Assembly (NCBI GenBank): GCA_903911135.1
Contig: CAIWCG010000178.1
Location: 1-47,707 of the forward strand
From: an uncultured Bacteroidota bacterium
GTDB lineage: Bacteria; Bacteroidota; Bacteroidia; AKYH767-A; JABDAW01
Direction of reading: 5' to 3'
DNA length: 47,707 nt
Made by a program: the position numbers and the translations under genes. The stretch's first letter is position 1, and each line of letters opens with the position of its first letter. Positions 30,625 through 39,207 of the stretch are shown here, in pieces. The notes beneath the pieces were generated by a model that was given only the letters and a program-made list of their open reading frames with translations, did not search any database and was not told where the DNA came from.

Positions 30625-30663
30625 TATCCTATCTTTGCATAGCTGAAAAGGGGGTAGGCGTTT
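30625..30663 (+). promoter_or_regulatory. Shared promoter/leader, copy 3
   Basis: TATCCTATCTTTGCATAGCTGAAAAGGGGGTAGGCGTTT, 36/39 identical to the matching part of copy 1. Confidence 0.8.
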
Positions 30664-30693
30664 GGGGATAAAAAGAAACAAATAATTTAGATT

Positions 30694-32463
30694 ATGGCTA
30701 AAAGATATACCATTGATGACATGCAGGAGTATGCCAAAGATAAGGGGGGACTGTGCATGAGCAAGGAATACGTCGATTCGATCTCTCCCTTGAAATGGCG
30801 ATGTGAAAAGGGCCATACCTGGGATGCCGACTTTGAAATCATCAGGCAGGGTGGGTGGTGCCCGCAGTGCTTGAAGAAAGAACACGACATTATCGAACGA
30901 TTTGAGAAGATAAAAGCCATTGCCATTGCAAAAGGAGGAAAATGTCTATCCACGGAATTCATTAACATGAAGGAAAAATTGGATTTTGAATGTGCTGAAG
31001 GGCATAGATGGAGTGTTGCCCCAGGTGGAATATTAAATAATAATCAATGGTGCAGCAAATGTGCATATAAAAAATTGGGGATGAATTCAAGGGACCCAAT
31101 TGAGATGTTTCAAAAAATAGCAGCCGATCATGGAGGGAAATTACTATCTCTAACCTATTCAGGAAGTAGAGATAAATTGCTTTGGGAATGCAAGGAAGGT
31201 CATCAATGGTATGCCAATGCATTTTGTATAAAGAGAATTAAAACATGGTGTCCTGAATGTTCAGGAAAACTCCCTCTAACTATTGAGGATATGAAAAATG
31301 ATGCTGCCAAGCATGGAGGTGAATGCCTTTCAACCGAGTATCTTGGTGTTAGCAAACAATTGAAATGGAAATGCTCGGAAGGGCATGTTTGGATGGCAAA
31401 ACCAAATAATATCCGTTCAGGTAACTGGTGCGACATTTGTGCACATAAAAGAATTGGAGACTTTCATAGAGACAATATAGAGACCTTTCATGAAATTGCG
31501 AAAAAACGGGGAGGAAAATGCCTATCAACAACGTATGTTAGGAATCTATACAAATTGGAATTTGAATGCTCGGAAGGTCATAGATGGAAAGCAGCACCCA
31601 TTGGAATAAAAAACATGAATAACTGGTGCCCAAAATGTGCTCGCGTTTCTTGTGGCATAAAAAACAGGGAAGATATAGCCATATATCATAAAATTGCCAA
31701 AGAACGTGGAGGGCGATGCTTGGAATTTACTTATAAAGGAAACCGTGTAATTATCAAACTTGAATGTGCGGAAGGACATAGTTGGACTATAGAAGGTCAT
31801 GCAATCAAACAAGGGAACTGGTGTTTCAAGTGTGCCCATAAACGAATTGCTGCAAAACAATTTGACACCATCGAAACATTTCATGCCATAGCAAAGGAAA
31901 ATGGGGGTAAAGTTCTGTCGAAGGAATATGTCAGTAGTCTTACAAAAATGGAATTTCAATGTTCAGAGGGACATGTTTTTTGGGCTTCGGCATCCAACAT
32001 TAAAAATAATCGTCTTTGGTGTATCATTTGCAATAAAATAAAGAGGGATAAACCAAAGAATAAAATTGAAAGATTCAAACAATTGGCGATTGAAAAAGGT
32101 GGCAAGTGTTTATCGGAGGTATGTTATAATACCCATGATAAACTGGATTGGGAATGTGCAGAAGGGCATAGATGGACAGTATCAGGGAAAGGCATAGTAT
32201 GCGGAAACTGGTGCAAGAAATGTGCTAGTAAATCAAATGCCATGAAACAATTTGACACCATCGAAAATATTCAGGAAATAGCGAAGAAGCATGGAGGAAA
32301 ATGCTTGTCGGAAGTTTATGTAAACAACACAACAAAGATGAAGTTTCAATGTTCGGAAGGGCATATTTGGATGTCTACTGCAGGCAATATTAAAAACCAT
32401 CCTACTTGGTGTGTTGTATGCAATAAGAATAACAAGAAAAAATCATTAAAACCAAAGATTTGA
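30694..32463 (+). CDS. Protein of nine tandem zinc-ribbon repeats
   Basis: Nine ~64-aa units GGKCLS..Y......L.W/F.C..GH.W......I....WC..C; no other domain. Confidence 0.85.
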   Translation: MAKRYTIDDMQEYAKDKGGLCMSKEYVDSISPLKWRCEKGHTWDADFEIIRQGGWCPQCLKKEHDIIERFEKIKAIAIAKGGKCLSTEFINMKEKLDFECAEGHRWSVAPGGILNNNQWCSKCAYKKLGMNSRDPIEMFQKIAADHGGKLLSLTYSGSRDKLLWECKEGHQWYANAFCIKRIKTWCPECSGKLPLTIEDMKNDAAKHGGECLSTEYLGVSKQLKWKCSEGHVWMAKPNNIRSGNWCDICAHKRIGDFHRDNIETFHEIAKKRGGKCLSTTYVRNLYKLEFECSEGHRWKAAPIGIKNMNNWCPKCARVSCGIKNREDIAIYHKIAKERGGRCLEFTYKGNRVIIKLECAEGHSWTIEGHAIKQGNWCFKCAHKRIAAKQFDTIETFHAIAKENGGKVLSKEYVSSLTKMEFQCSEGHVFWASASNIKNNRLWCIICNKIKRDKPKNKIERFKQLAIEKGGKCLSEVCYNTHDKLDWECAEGHRWTVSGKGIVCGNWCKKCASKSNAMKQFDTIENIQEIAKKHGGKCLSEVYVNNTTKMKFQCSEGHIWMSTAGNIKNHPTWCVVCNKNNKKKSLKPKI

Positions 32464-32532
32464 GATCGAATCGCAAGGAACGTTTGTCTAATTATCGGTA
32501 ATTAAAGTTTATGTTTAGCTTGAAAAAGCTCT

Positions 32533-32657
32533 TTCGAAGCAACCTGCCGTCAATCAGCCCCGATAGTAGCGGCAGCCCGCTGCTTTGTATCGGCAATGAG
32601 GATGCAGCGGATAGCGGGACTGGCCATGATACGAGAAGAAACCATAGGCTCCTTATT
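32533..32657 (+). repeat. Dispersed structured repeat copy 2
   Basis: Same core as 7076; lacks the 9-bp CTACAGCGG. Confidence 0.9.
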
Positions 32658-32691
32658 AAAAATGCTAAAAGCAAGCGGGAATTGGGACGGA

Positions 32692-33534
32692 TTATTCGCC
32701 GAGATGGAACAAGGTGAGCCCGGCAATGGGTGTTTCGATGATGCGACCTACCGTAATGCCCTTTTCTTTGGCGGCATATTTCAGGATGTCGGAGAAATAA
32801 AAGGCTATCGAGCCGGTGAAATTGCAGGGAACTTCTTGGTGGCGCGAATATTTGCAGACTTGATATTGGAAGAAATCGCGGAAGCAGCGATGGATGATGT
32901 CGGAGATGAAGGGATGGTTGTGATGCCTCAACAGAAATGGAACGAAGGAGGCGAAATAGCGGTTTTGGTAGGGCTTGCCATAGTGGTCGTCCAAGAATTT
33001 CTCTCTAGTAAGCTGGTAGGTTCCGAAGAACATTTCGTGGAGTTCCTTGGGCAGCTCCTCCTCGAAATAATGCTTCAAAAAGGTTTTGCCCAAATGTGCC
33101 CCGCTGCCATCATCGCCTATGACAAAACCCAAGGAAGGGACATTCTCGAGCACTTCCTTGCCATCATAATAGCATGAATTGGAACCGGTGCCAAGGATGG
33201 CGGCTATACCTGCATCGTGGCCACATAAGGCTCGGGCAGCTCCTAGCATGTCGTGGTTGACATCTATAACGGCGTTCTTGAAATTGTTTTGCAAGGCCTG
33301 CTGGATGATGTTCTTGTTTTCATCGGAGGAACAACCGGTGCCGTAATAATGAATCTCGTTCACCGCATCTGCTTCAAGGTTTGGAACCAGGGTTTGTTTT
33401 ATTTCGTTGGTAATGTCTTCCATCGACTGAAAGAACGGACTGATGCCGTTGCTTCGTAGCTGATGTATCTTTCTGTCGTTATCCTGCAGTCTCCAATCGG
33501 TTTTGGTAGCACCGCTGTCAGCAATCAAAATCAT
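32692..33534 (-). CDS. BadF/BadG/BcrA/BcrD-type N-acetylglucosamine kinase
   Basis: MILIADSGATKTDW, ILGTGSNS, GDDGSGA, FTGSIA; likely start at 33534. Confidence 0.88.
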   Translation of the reverse strand: MILIADSGATKTDWRLQDNDRKIHQLRSNGISPFFQSMEDITNEIKQTLVPNLEADAVNEIHYYGTGCSSDENKNIIQQALQNNFKNAVIDVNHDMLGAARALCGHDAGIAAILGTGSNSCYYDGKEVLENVPSLGFVIGDDGSGAHLGKTFLKHYFEEELPKELHEMFFGTYQLTREKFLDDHYGKPYQNRYFASFVPFLLRHHNHPFISDIIHRCFRDFFQYQVCKYSRHQEVPCNFTGSIAFYFSDILKYAAKEKGITVGRIIETPIAGLTLFHLGE

Positions 33535-33535
33535 C

Positions 33536-34447
33536 TTATTCGGTTGAAAACGTTTCACCTTCTATGGCCAGCCAGGTGTTCTTGAATTCTGATTCGGCTT
33601 CTTTCAACATGGTATTCAGTTCCTTGTATCTTGCTGAGAAATGCCCGATGAGCAACTTTCCCACCTTGGCTTTGGTAGCCATCATGCCTGCCTGCTTGCT
33701 GGTGGTATGAAAGGTTTCCATCGCCCGTTCTATCAAGTCGTGAGTAAAAGTGGATTCATGATAAAGCATATCTATTCCGGTAATCTGCTCCAATATCCTT
33801 TCATCATAAAGCGTATCAGAACAATAGGCATAACTTCTGGCAGTATGAGACTGAATGGTGATTTCATTGTTCGGAATCATCTTGCCATTGAAATTATAAT
33901 CCTCCCCGCTCTTGATGGCATGCAGCGCTGAAACGGGGATGTTATATTTCTCCACCATCTCCCTAATGAGTTTCCGTGGCTTCCTCTTTTCCTTGAACAA
34001 AAAACCGGTACATGGAATGCGATGATTTAGGATGATGGTTTCTATCGTCAATTGGTCGTCTTCGAATATGACTTCACTCTTTTCGGCATTGGTATAATGG
34101 TAGATGACGGGATAGCGCAACGTGGTTTGGGAATATTTCAACTGGATATCGATTATTTCTTCCAATTCTTTGGCTGCATAAATGTGAAGTTCTTTGGTTC
34201 GGCCTTGCAGATGCATGGTGGACATGAGCCCCATCAATCCAAGGTAATGATCACCATGAAGATGCGAAATGAATATCCTGTTGATGCGATGATACTTGAT
34301 TTTGTATCGCTCCATCTGTATTTGTGTTCCTTCTCCACAATCAATCAAAAAAAACCGCTCAAGTATGTTTAGAACTTGAGCGGATGGATGTCGTTGATAT
34401 GAAGGAGATGCAGAACTGCTTCCCAATATCGTTACTTCAAAGGTCAT
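33536..34447 (-). CDS. rnz: Ribonuclease Z
   Basis: LIDCGEGTQ, SHLHGDH, AYCSDT, HESTF, GHFSARY. Confidence 0.95.
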   Translation of the reverse strand: MTFEVTILGSSSASPSYQRHPSAQVLNILERFFLIDCGEGTQIQMERYKIKYHRINRIFISHLHGDHYLGLMGLMSTMHLQGRTKELHIYAAKELEEIIDIQLKYSQTTLRYPVIYHYTNAEKSEVIFEDDQLTIETIILNHRIPCTGFLFKEKRKPRKLIREMVEKYNIPVSALHAIKSGEDYNFNGKMIPNNEITIQSHTARSYAYCSDTLYDERILEQITGIDMLYHESTFTHDLIERAMETFHTTSKQAGMMATKAKVGKLLIGHFSARYKELNTMLKEAESEFKNTWLAIEGETFSTE

Positions 34448-35202
34448 TATTTTGCGGTGACAATCATTCTTTTGGTGATGGTTTGAATGCCATTTGATAA
34501 ACTGTACATATAAATTCCTGGAGCCAACTCCTTAGAATTGATGAACACCTGGTTCATTCCAGTTTTTGCATCATAAGTTCTGTTCATCACTGTTGATCCA
34601 AGAACATTGAAAACTTTCAAGTTTACTTTACCGCTCATTGCAGATGAGTAATCTATTTCAGTAGTTCCATTGAATGGATTTGGTGCATTTTGATATACGT
34701 CAAATTTCGCTGGACCAACTAGGGTTGGCACTCCGGCATGAGATGCACTGTCGATAACAATTCTGTAGCCTCTTACTGTGTCAGCAATTGGAATTGTAAA
34801 AGAAGCATAAACCACATGAGCAGTCATTACTACTGTAAGTGGATAAGTTCCTGCCATACCATCGGTAGCTGTTCCAGAAATATGGAAACAACCAGCCGTT
34901 CCTCCTGGGAAAACACAATTGGTAGGTACACAAGCATAAGAGAATCCTGCTGGCAATCCCATTACGCTTGTCAATGTGAAATCGGTGATTGGAACTGCTG
35001 TTAATAAATAGGTGGTGTCATGTGTAACAAAGATCTGAATATCTGCCGTATATGGAATCGTAGCTACACAGATAGGTAAATTGATAGTTGTGTCAGGATT
35101 AATGTGGCTTGCAGGGCCAGTCAGGTTTGGGGTGCACTGTGCTGTAATCGTATTGCAGGCAAACGTACAGGCACATAAGATAATAAGTAGGATTTTGTTC
35201 AT
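34447..35202 (-). CDS. Small secreted T9SS type A sorting-domain protein
   Basis: Signal peptide; QNAPNPF...VFNVLG...LAPGIYMY...KRMIV. Confidence 0.85.
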   Translation of the reverse strand: MNKILLIILCACTFACNTITAQCTPNLTGPASHINPDTTINLPICVATIPYTADIQIFVTHDTTYLLTAVPITDFTLTSVMGLPAGFSYACVPTNCVFPGGTAGCFHISGTATDGMAGTYPLTVVMTAHVVYASFTIPIADTVRGYRIVIDSASHAGVPTLVGPAKFDVYQNAPNPFNGTTEIDYSSAMSGKVNLKVFNVLGSTVMNRTYDAKTGMNQVFINSKELAPGIYMYSLSNGIQTITKRMIVTAK

Positions 35203-35269
35203 ATCGTATAGTTTTTATTGTTTATAATGCGGCAAAATTAAGTTATTTCTCTGAATTGACAATGAAAAA

Positions 35270-35653
35270 TTATTCCTCATCGCTGGCATTGGCCAGTTCG
35301 CGCTCCACTTCTTCCATATATATAAGGTCGGTGGCCTCCGAAATGCTTGGAACGATGGACAGCACCTTATCGAGCTGGCTGATGGTGATGATTCGTTTCA
35401 CGTTCACCTTCAATCCTACCAAAACAAAGCTGCCTTTGGCTTTCTTGCAGAGCTTGTTGCCTATCAATATGGCGCTTAATCCGGATGAATCGCAGTAGCT
35501 CACTTCGCTCAAATCGAGGATGATATTGCGTACGCCATCCTGGTTCATAGCCACTATCTGTGATTTCAAATCCGAGGAGATGAGTTCGTTCAACTTGTCG
35601 TCTTTAAGTTTCAGGATGCTGTATTTGTCTTTGTTTTCGATAGTATATTTCAT
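35270..35653 (-). CDS. STAS-domain anti-sigma factor antagonist
   Basis: ILDLSEVSYCDSSGLSA. Confidence 0.92.
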   Translation of the reverse strand: MKYTIENKDKYSILKLKDDKLNELISSDLKSQIVAMNQDGVRNIILDLSEVSYCDSSGLSAILIGNKLCKKAKGSFVLVGLKVNVKRIITISQLDKVLSIVPSISEATDLIYMEEVERELANASDEE

Positions 35654-35792
35654 CGTATGTTACTTTTTTGGTACTGCAATATTAAGGAATTAATTTCAAT
35701 CATCCAAAAATATTTGCATTTTTCTGCATTTTCTCCCAACCCAAGGCCTCTAAAATGCGTCTATCCTTAAGTAGTAGGGGTAAAAAACGACA

Positions 35793-35821
35793 AGCCCTCG
35801 AATGGGTCTCACTCGAGGGCT
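35793..35821. other. Intergenic hairpin
   Basis: AGCCCTCGA-11 nt-TCGAGGGCT. Confidence 0.5.
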
Positions 35822-35924
35822 GCTGTTTTGGATTTGCTTTAGACCGTATCGCGTTTTTAAGCTTAAAAAATAGTAATTTAGCTTAAATCCCTTCTAATGG
35901 AAAGAAGTAATGTTGTCTTGAAGT

Positions 35925-36225
35925 CAAAATCTGTTTCAACACACTTTGACTCCGTTGTGACACATTTTGGTTCTGTTCGAACAAACTCCGGTTTCGTTCG
36001 AACAAACTCCAGGTTTGTTGCCAACGAAACCAAGTTTCAAGGGAAGAAACGGCATTTTGTTCTCCTGAAAACCATTTTCGTTCGAACGAAACCCAACCTT
36101 GTTCGAACGAAACCAAAATGTGTCGCGACATACTTTGACGTTTCGAAGCTACATTTTGAGTTCGTTTGAACAGAAATCGCTTTCGTTCGAACGGAATCCG
36201 TTTGCGTTCGAACAGAGTTGAACTT
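35925..36225. repeat. Degenerate tandem repeat, 21-bp period, about 14 units
   Basis: Palindrome GTTCGAAC at 35975, 35996, 36080, 36101, 36185, 36206; variants in register at 35933, 35954, 36017, 36059, 36122, 36164. Confidence 0.88.
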
Positions 36226-36457
36226 CATTGGAAGGTTATTTTTCTGTTGCCATTTCTTTATTTGAAGAAATCCTTATGTTTGAGACAATTAATCAAAAGC
36301 TCCTGAAACAGTAGTCTCCATAGGACATGTGGCAGGAGGTGGCTGGGGCGAAAAGTGTTGTTTTTAAGGATATTTATGAAGGCATTTATAGAACTTCATC
36401 TAAAAATCGCTAAATAAAACGTACCTTTGCGCCATTAAAAAATAAAAATATACATTA

Positions 36458-38380
36458 ATGAAATTATTTAGCGAATTGGGAGTAGGAGACGAATTGATTC
36501 AAGCCATTACCGAGTTAGGCTTCGAAGCACCTACACCAATACAACAACAGGCAATCCCTGAATTGTTGAAACTGGGCAGTCGAGACTTGATTGGCTTGGC
36601 ACAAACGGGAACAGGGAAGACGGCCGCTTTTGGGTTACCTTTACTTCAAACATTGGACTTCAACGGCTCCAAGACGCAAGCCTTGATATTGGCGCCTACA
36701 CGAGAATTATGCATGCAGATAACCAACGATTTGGTGTCGTATTCCAAATACATGGCGAATGTGAGGATAGTGGCCGTATATGGCGGAGCAAGCATTCAGA
36801 CGCAGATATCACAGATAAAGAGAGGAGTGCAGATAGTGGTGGCCACACCTGGCCGATTGCTGGATTTGATTGAAAGAAGGGCGATAGACATCACCAAGGT
36901 GGAATATCTGGTGCTCGATGAAGCGGATGAGATGCTGAACATGGGTTTCAGGGAGGATATCGATTCCATTTTGTCTAATACTCCTGATGATAAGAAGGTG
37001 TGGTTGTTTTCGGCCACGATGCCAAGAGAGGTTCGTGAGATTGCATCGAACTACATGACCGATCCCTTCGAATTGACCGTTGGCAAGAAAAACACCGGAG
37101 CCGAAAACATAGAGCATATATATTATGTGGTTCATGCACGGGACAAATACCGAGCCTTGAAACGCATCGTGGATTTCAATCCTGATATCTTCGGAATAGT
37201 TTTTTGCAGGACAAAAATAGAATCGCAGGAAGTGGCCGAGAATCTTATCAAGGATGGTTATAATGCCGATGCATTGCACGGAGATTTGAGCCAGCAGCAA
37301 CGCGATAAGGTGATGAAACGTTTCAGAGACAAGTCCTTGCAGTTGATGATAGCCACCGATGTTGCAGCTCGAGGCATCGATGTTGATGATATCACGCATG
37401 TCATCAATTATGATTTGCCTGATGAACTGGAAAGTTATACCCACCGAAGCGGACGAACTGCCCGTGCAGGCAAGTCGGGAGTTTCTTTGGCCATTATAAA
37501 CATGAAGGAAACCGGAAAGATTCGTCATATAGAGAAACAGATAAACAAAAAGTTCATCGTAGGCAGAATACCTGATGGGGTAGAGGTTTGCGAAAAACAA
37601 TTGTTCAATTTGGTAAACAAGGTGAAGGCCGTAGAAGTGAATGAAAAGGAAATAGAGAAGTATCTGCCAACCATCATGGAAGAATTGAAGGACATCGACA
37701 GGGAAGAACTCATCAAACGATTTGCTTCCATCGAGTTCAACCGGTTCTTGGAATATTACCGTAATGCTCCTGACATCAATATAGACAGCAGCAAGCGTTC
37801 GAACAGCGATGGAGCGGATGGATTCAGAAAAGGTTCGACTATTTTCCTAAGTCTTGGAGCAATGGATGGTTTCGACAAGGGAGCCATGTTGAAATATTTC
37901 TGCAGCATAACTGGAATGAAGGGAAGTGATGTGGGAAGAATAGAAGTGAAAGGTGTCTATTCCTTTATTGATGTAGAACCAGGCAATGAAAATACCATCA
38001 TGGAAGCATTCAATGGGGAAGTTTATAAAGGCAGGAAGGTTCGTGCAGACATATCAGGAAGCACCGGTGGTGGTGGAGGCGGTGGCGGGAGAAGCCGTGG
38101 CAAAAAGAGTTATGGCGGTGGAAGAAATGATTATGGTGGCGGCGGTGGTGGTGGTTATAGTTCTGGTGGTGGTGGTTTCCATCGCAAGGAAAATACCAGA
38201 AGTTATAAATCCGACAAGCCAAGTTATGGTTCAGACAAACCAAGTTATGGTTCAGACAAGCCGAGCTATGGCAAATCCGACAAGCCTAGTTATGGCAAGA
38301 AGGATTCTTCGCCAAAGCCTACCTATAAGAAAGCCGATGGAGGTGGAAAGAAGCGCAAGAAAAAGGAAAACGAATGGTAA
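36458..38380 (+). CDS. deaD: DEAD-box RNA helicase (DeaD/CsdA-like, with DbpA-type RNA-binding domain)
   Basis: AQTGTGKT, PTREL, TPGR, DEAD, SAT, ARGID, HRSGRTAR; Gly/Lys-rich tail; TACCTTTG box at 36422-36429. Confidence 0.9.
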   Translation: MKLFSELGVGDELIQAITELGFEAPTPIQQQAIPELLKLGSRDLIGLAQTGTGKTAAFGLPLLQTLDFNGSKTQALILAPTRELCMQITNDLVSYSKYMANVRIVAVYGGASIQTQISQIKRGVQIVVATPGRLLDLIERRAIDITKVEYLVLDEADEMLNMGFREDIDSILSNTPDDKKVWLFSATMPREVREIASNYMTDPFELTVGKKNTGAENIEHIYYVVHARDKYRALKRIVDFNPDIFGIVFCRTKIESQEVAENLIKDGYNADALHGDLSQQQRDKVMKRFRDKSLQLMIATDVAARGIDVDDITHVINYDLPDELESYTHRSGRTARAGKSGVSLAIINMKETGKIRHIEKQINKKFIVGRIPDGVEVCEKQLFNLVNKVKAVEVNEKEIEKYLPTIMEELKDIDREELIKRFASIEFNRFLEYYRNAPDINIDSSKRSNSDGADGFRKGSTIFLSLGAMDGFDKGAMLKYFCSITGMKGSDVGRIEVKGVYSFIDVEPGNENTIMEAFNGEVYKGRKVRADISGSTGGGGGGGGRSRGKKSYGGGRNDYGGGGGGGYSSGGGGFHRKENTRSYKSDKPSYGSDKPSYGSDKPSYGKSDKPSYGKKDSSPKPTYKKADGGGKKRKKKENEW

Positions 38381-38383
38381 AAG

Positions 38384-38417
38384 AAAAGTCCCGATTAAGA
38401 ATTTAATCGGGACTTTT
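38384..38417. terminator. Bidirectional intrinsic terminator
   Basis: AAAAGTCCCGATTAA-GAAT-TTAATCGGGACTTTT between convergent genes. Confidence 0.88.
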
Positions 38418-38423
38418 TATTTT

Positions 38424-39092
38424 TTACTGGATATTTGAAGTGATGTATTGAATCAGATTGGCACCCATCTGCAAGGCTTGCTGGTGTTTCTCCGGTGGAT
38501 CCTTATGCACATCATAGCTTTCCCAGCCATCACCAAGATCACATTCATAAGAATAAAAACAAACCAATCGTCCTTGGTAGATCAATCCGAAACCTTGTGG
38601 CGCTTTGCCATCATGCTCATGTACCTTGGGCAAACCGTTGGGGAATTGGAACTTTTGATGATAAATAGGATAAGAAAAAGGAAGTTCTATCATTTCAAGC
38701 TCTGGGAACACCTTCTTCATTTGCGGACGAACAAAAGGATTCAGGCCATAATTGTCATCAATATGCAGGAACCCACCGCCTATAAGGTAGTTTCTTAGAT
38801 TTTGGGCCTCTTCAGAACTTAAAACCCAATTGCCATGGCCGGTCATGTGAACAAAAGGATAATTGAACAGGTCAGGGCTTCCTACTTCTACGATTCCTTG
38901 TTCAGGGTCAATGTTGGTTCCAAGATTATCATTGCAGAATTTGATGAGATTGGGCAAGGATGTAGGCAAGTTGGCATACCAGTCGCCACCACCATGATAC
39001 TTGAGCAAGCCAATCTTGAACGAATAGCCTCCAGGTGCGAACGATGTGGAAACGAACACCAGTATGATTAAAGGAAGAAATATCTTTTTCAT
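38424..39092 (-). CDS. DUF4159 domain protein
   Basis: KY.GGGDWY, YPFVHMTGHG, GGFLHIDDNYG, DLGDGWE. Confidence 0.88.
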   Translation of the reverse strand: MKKIFLPLIILVFVSTSFAPGGYSFKIGLLKYHGGGDWYANLPTSLPNLIKFCNDNLGTNIDPEQGIVEVGSPDLFNYPFVHMTGHGNWVLSSEEAQNLRNYLIGGGFLHIDDNYGLNPFVRPQMKKVFPELEMIELPFSYPIYHQKFQFPNGLPKVHEHDGKAPQGFGLIYQGRLVCFYSYECDLGDGWESYDVHKDPPEKHQQALQMGANLIQYITSNIQ

Positions 39093-39207
39093 TGATTTTA
39101 TTTGGCTGCAAAAGTAATTAAACGGAAATACTTCACGTTCATTTTATGGAATCAGACAACTATTTTAATCTTTAACTTTGTAACACATAAAAATAAATAT
39201 AAAACAT

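Noticed and set aside
32596-33177. 193-aa plus-strand ORF
   Set aside because: Antisense shadow of the GlcNAc kinase gene, starting inside a repeat
38210-38296. 21-nt repeats in the helicase 3' end
   Set aside because: In-frame SDKPSYG low-complexity tail typical of DEAD-box proteins; not counted with the intergenic arrays
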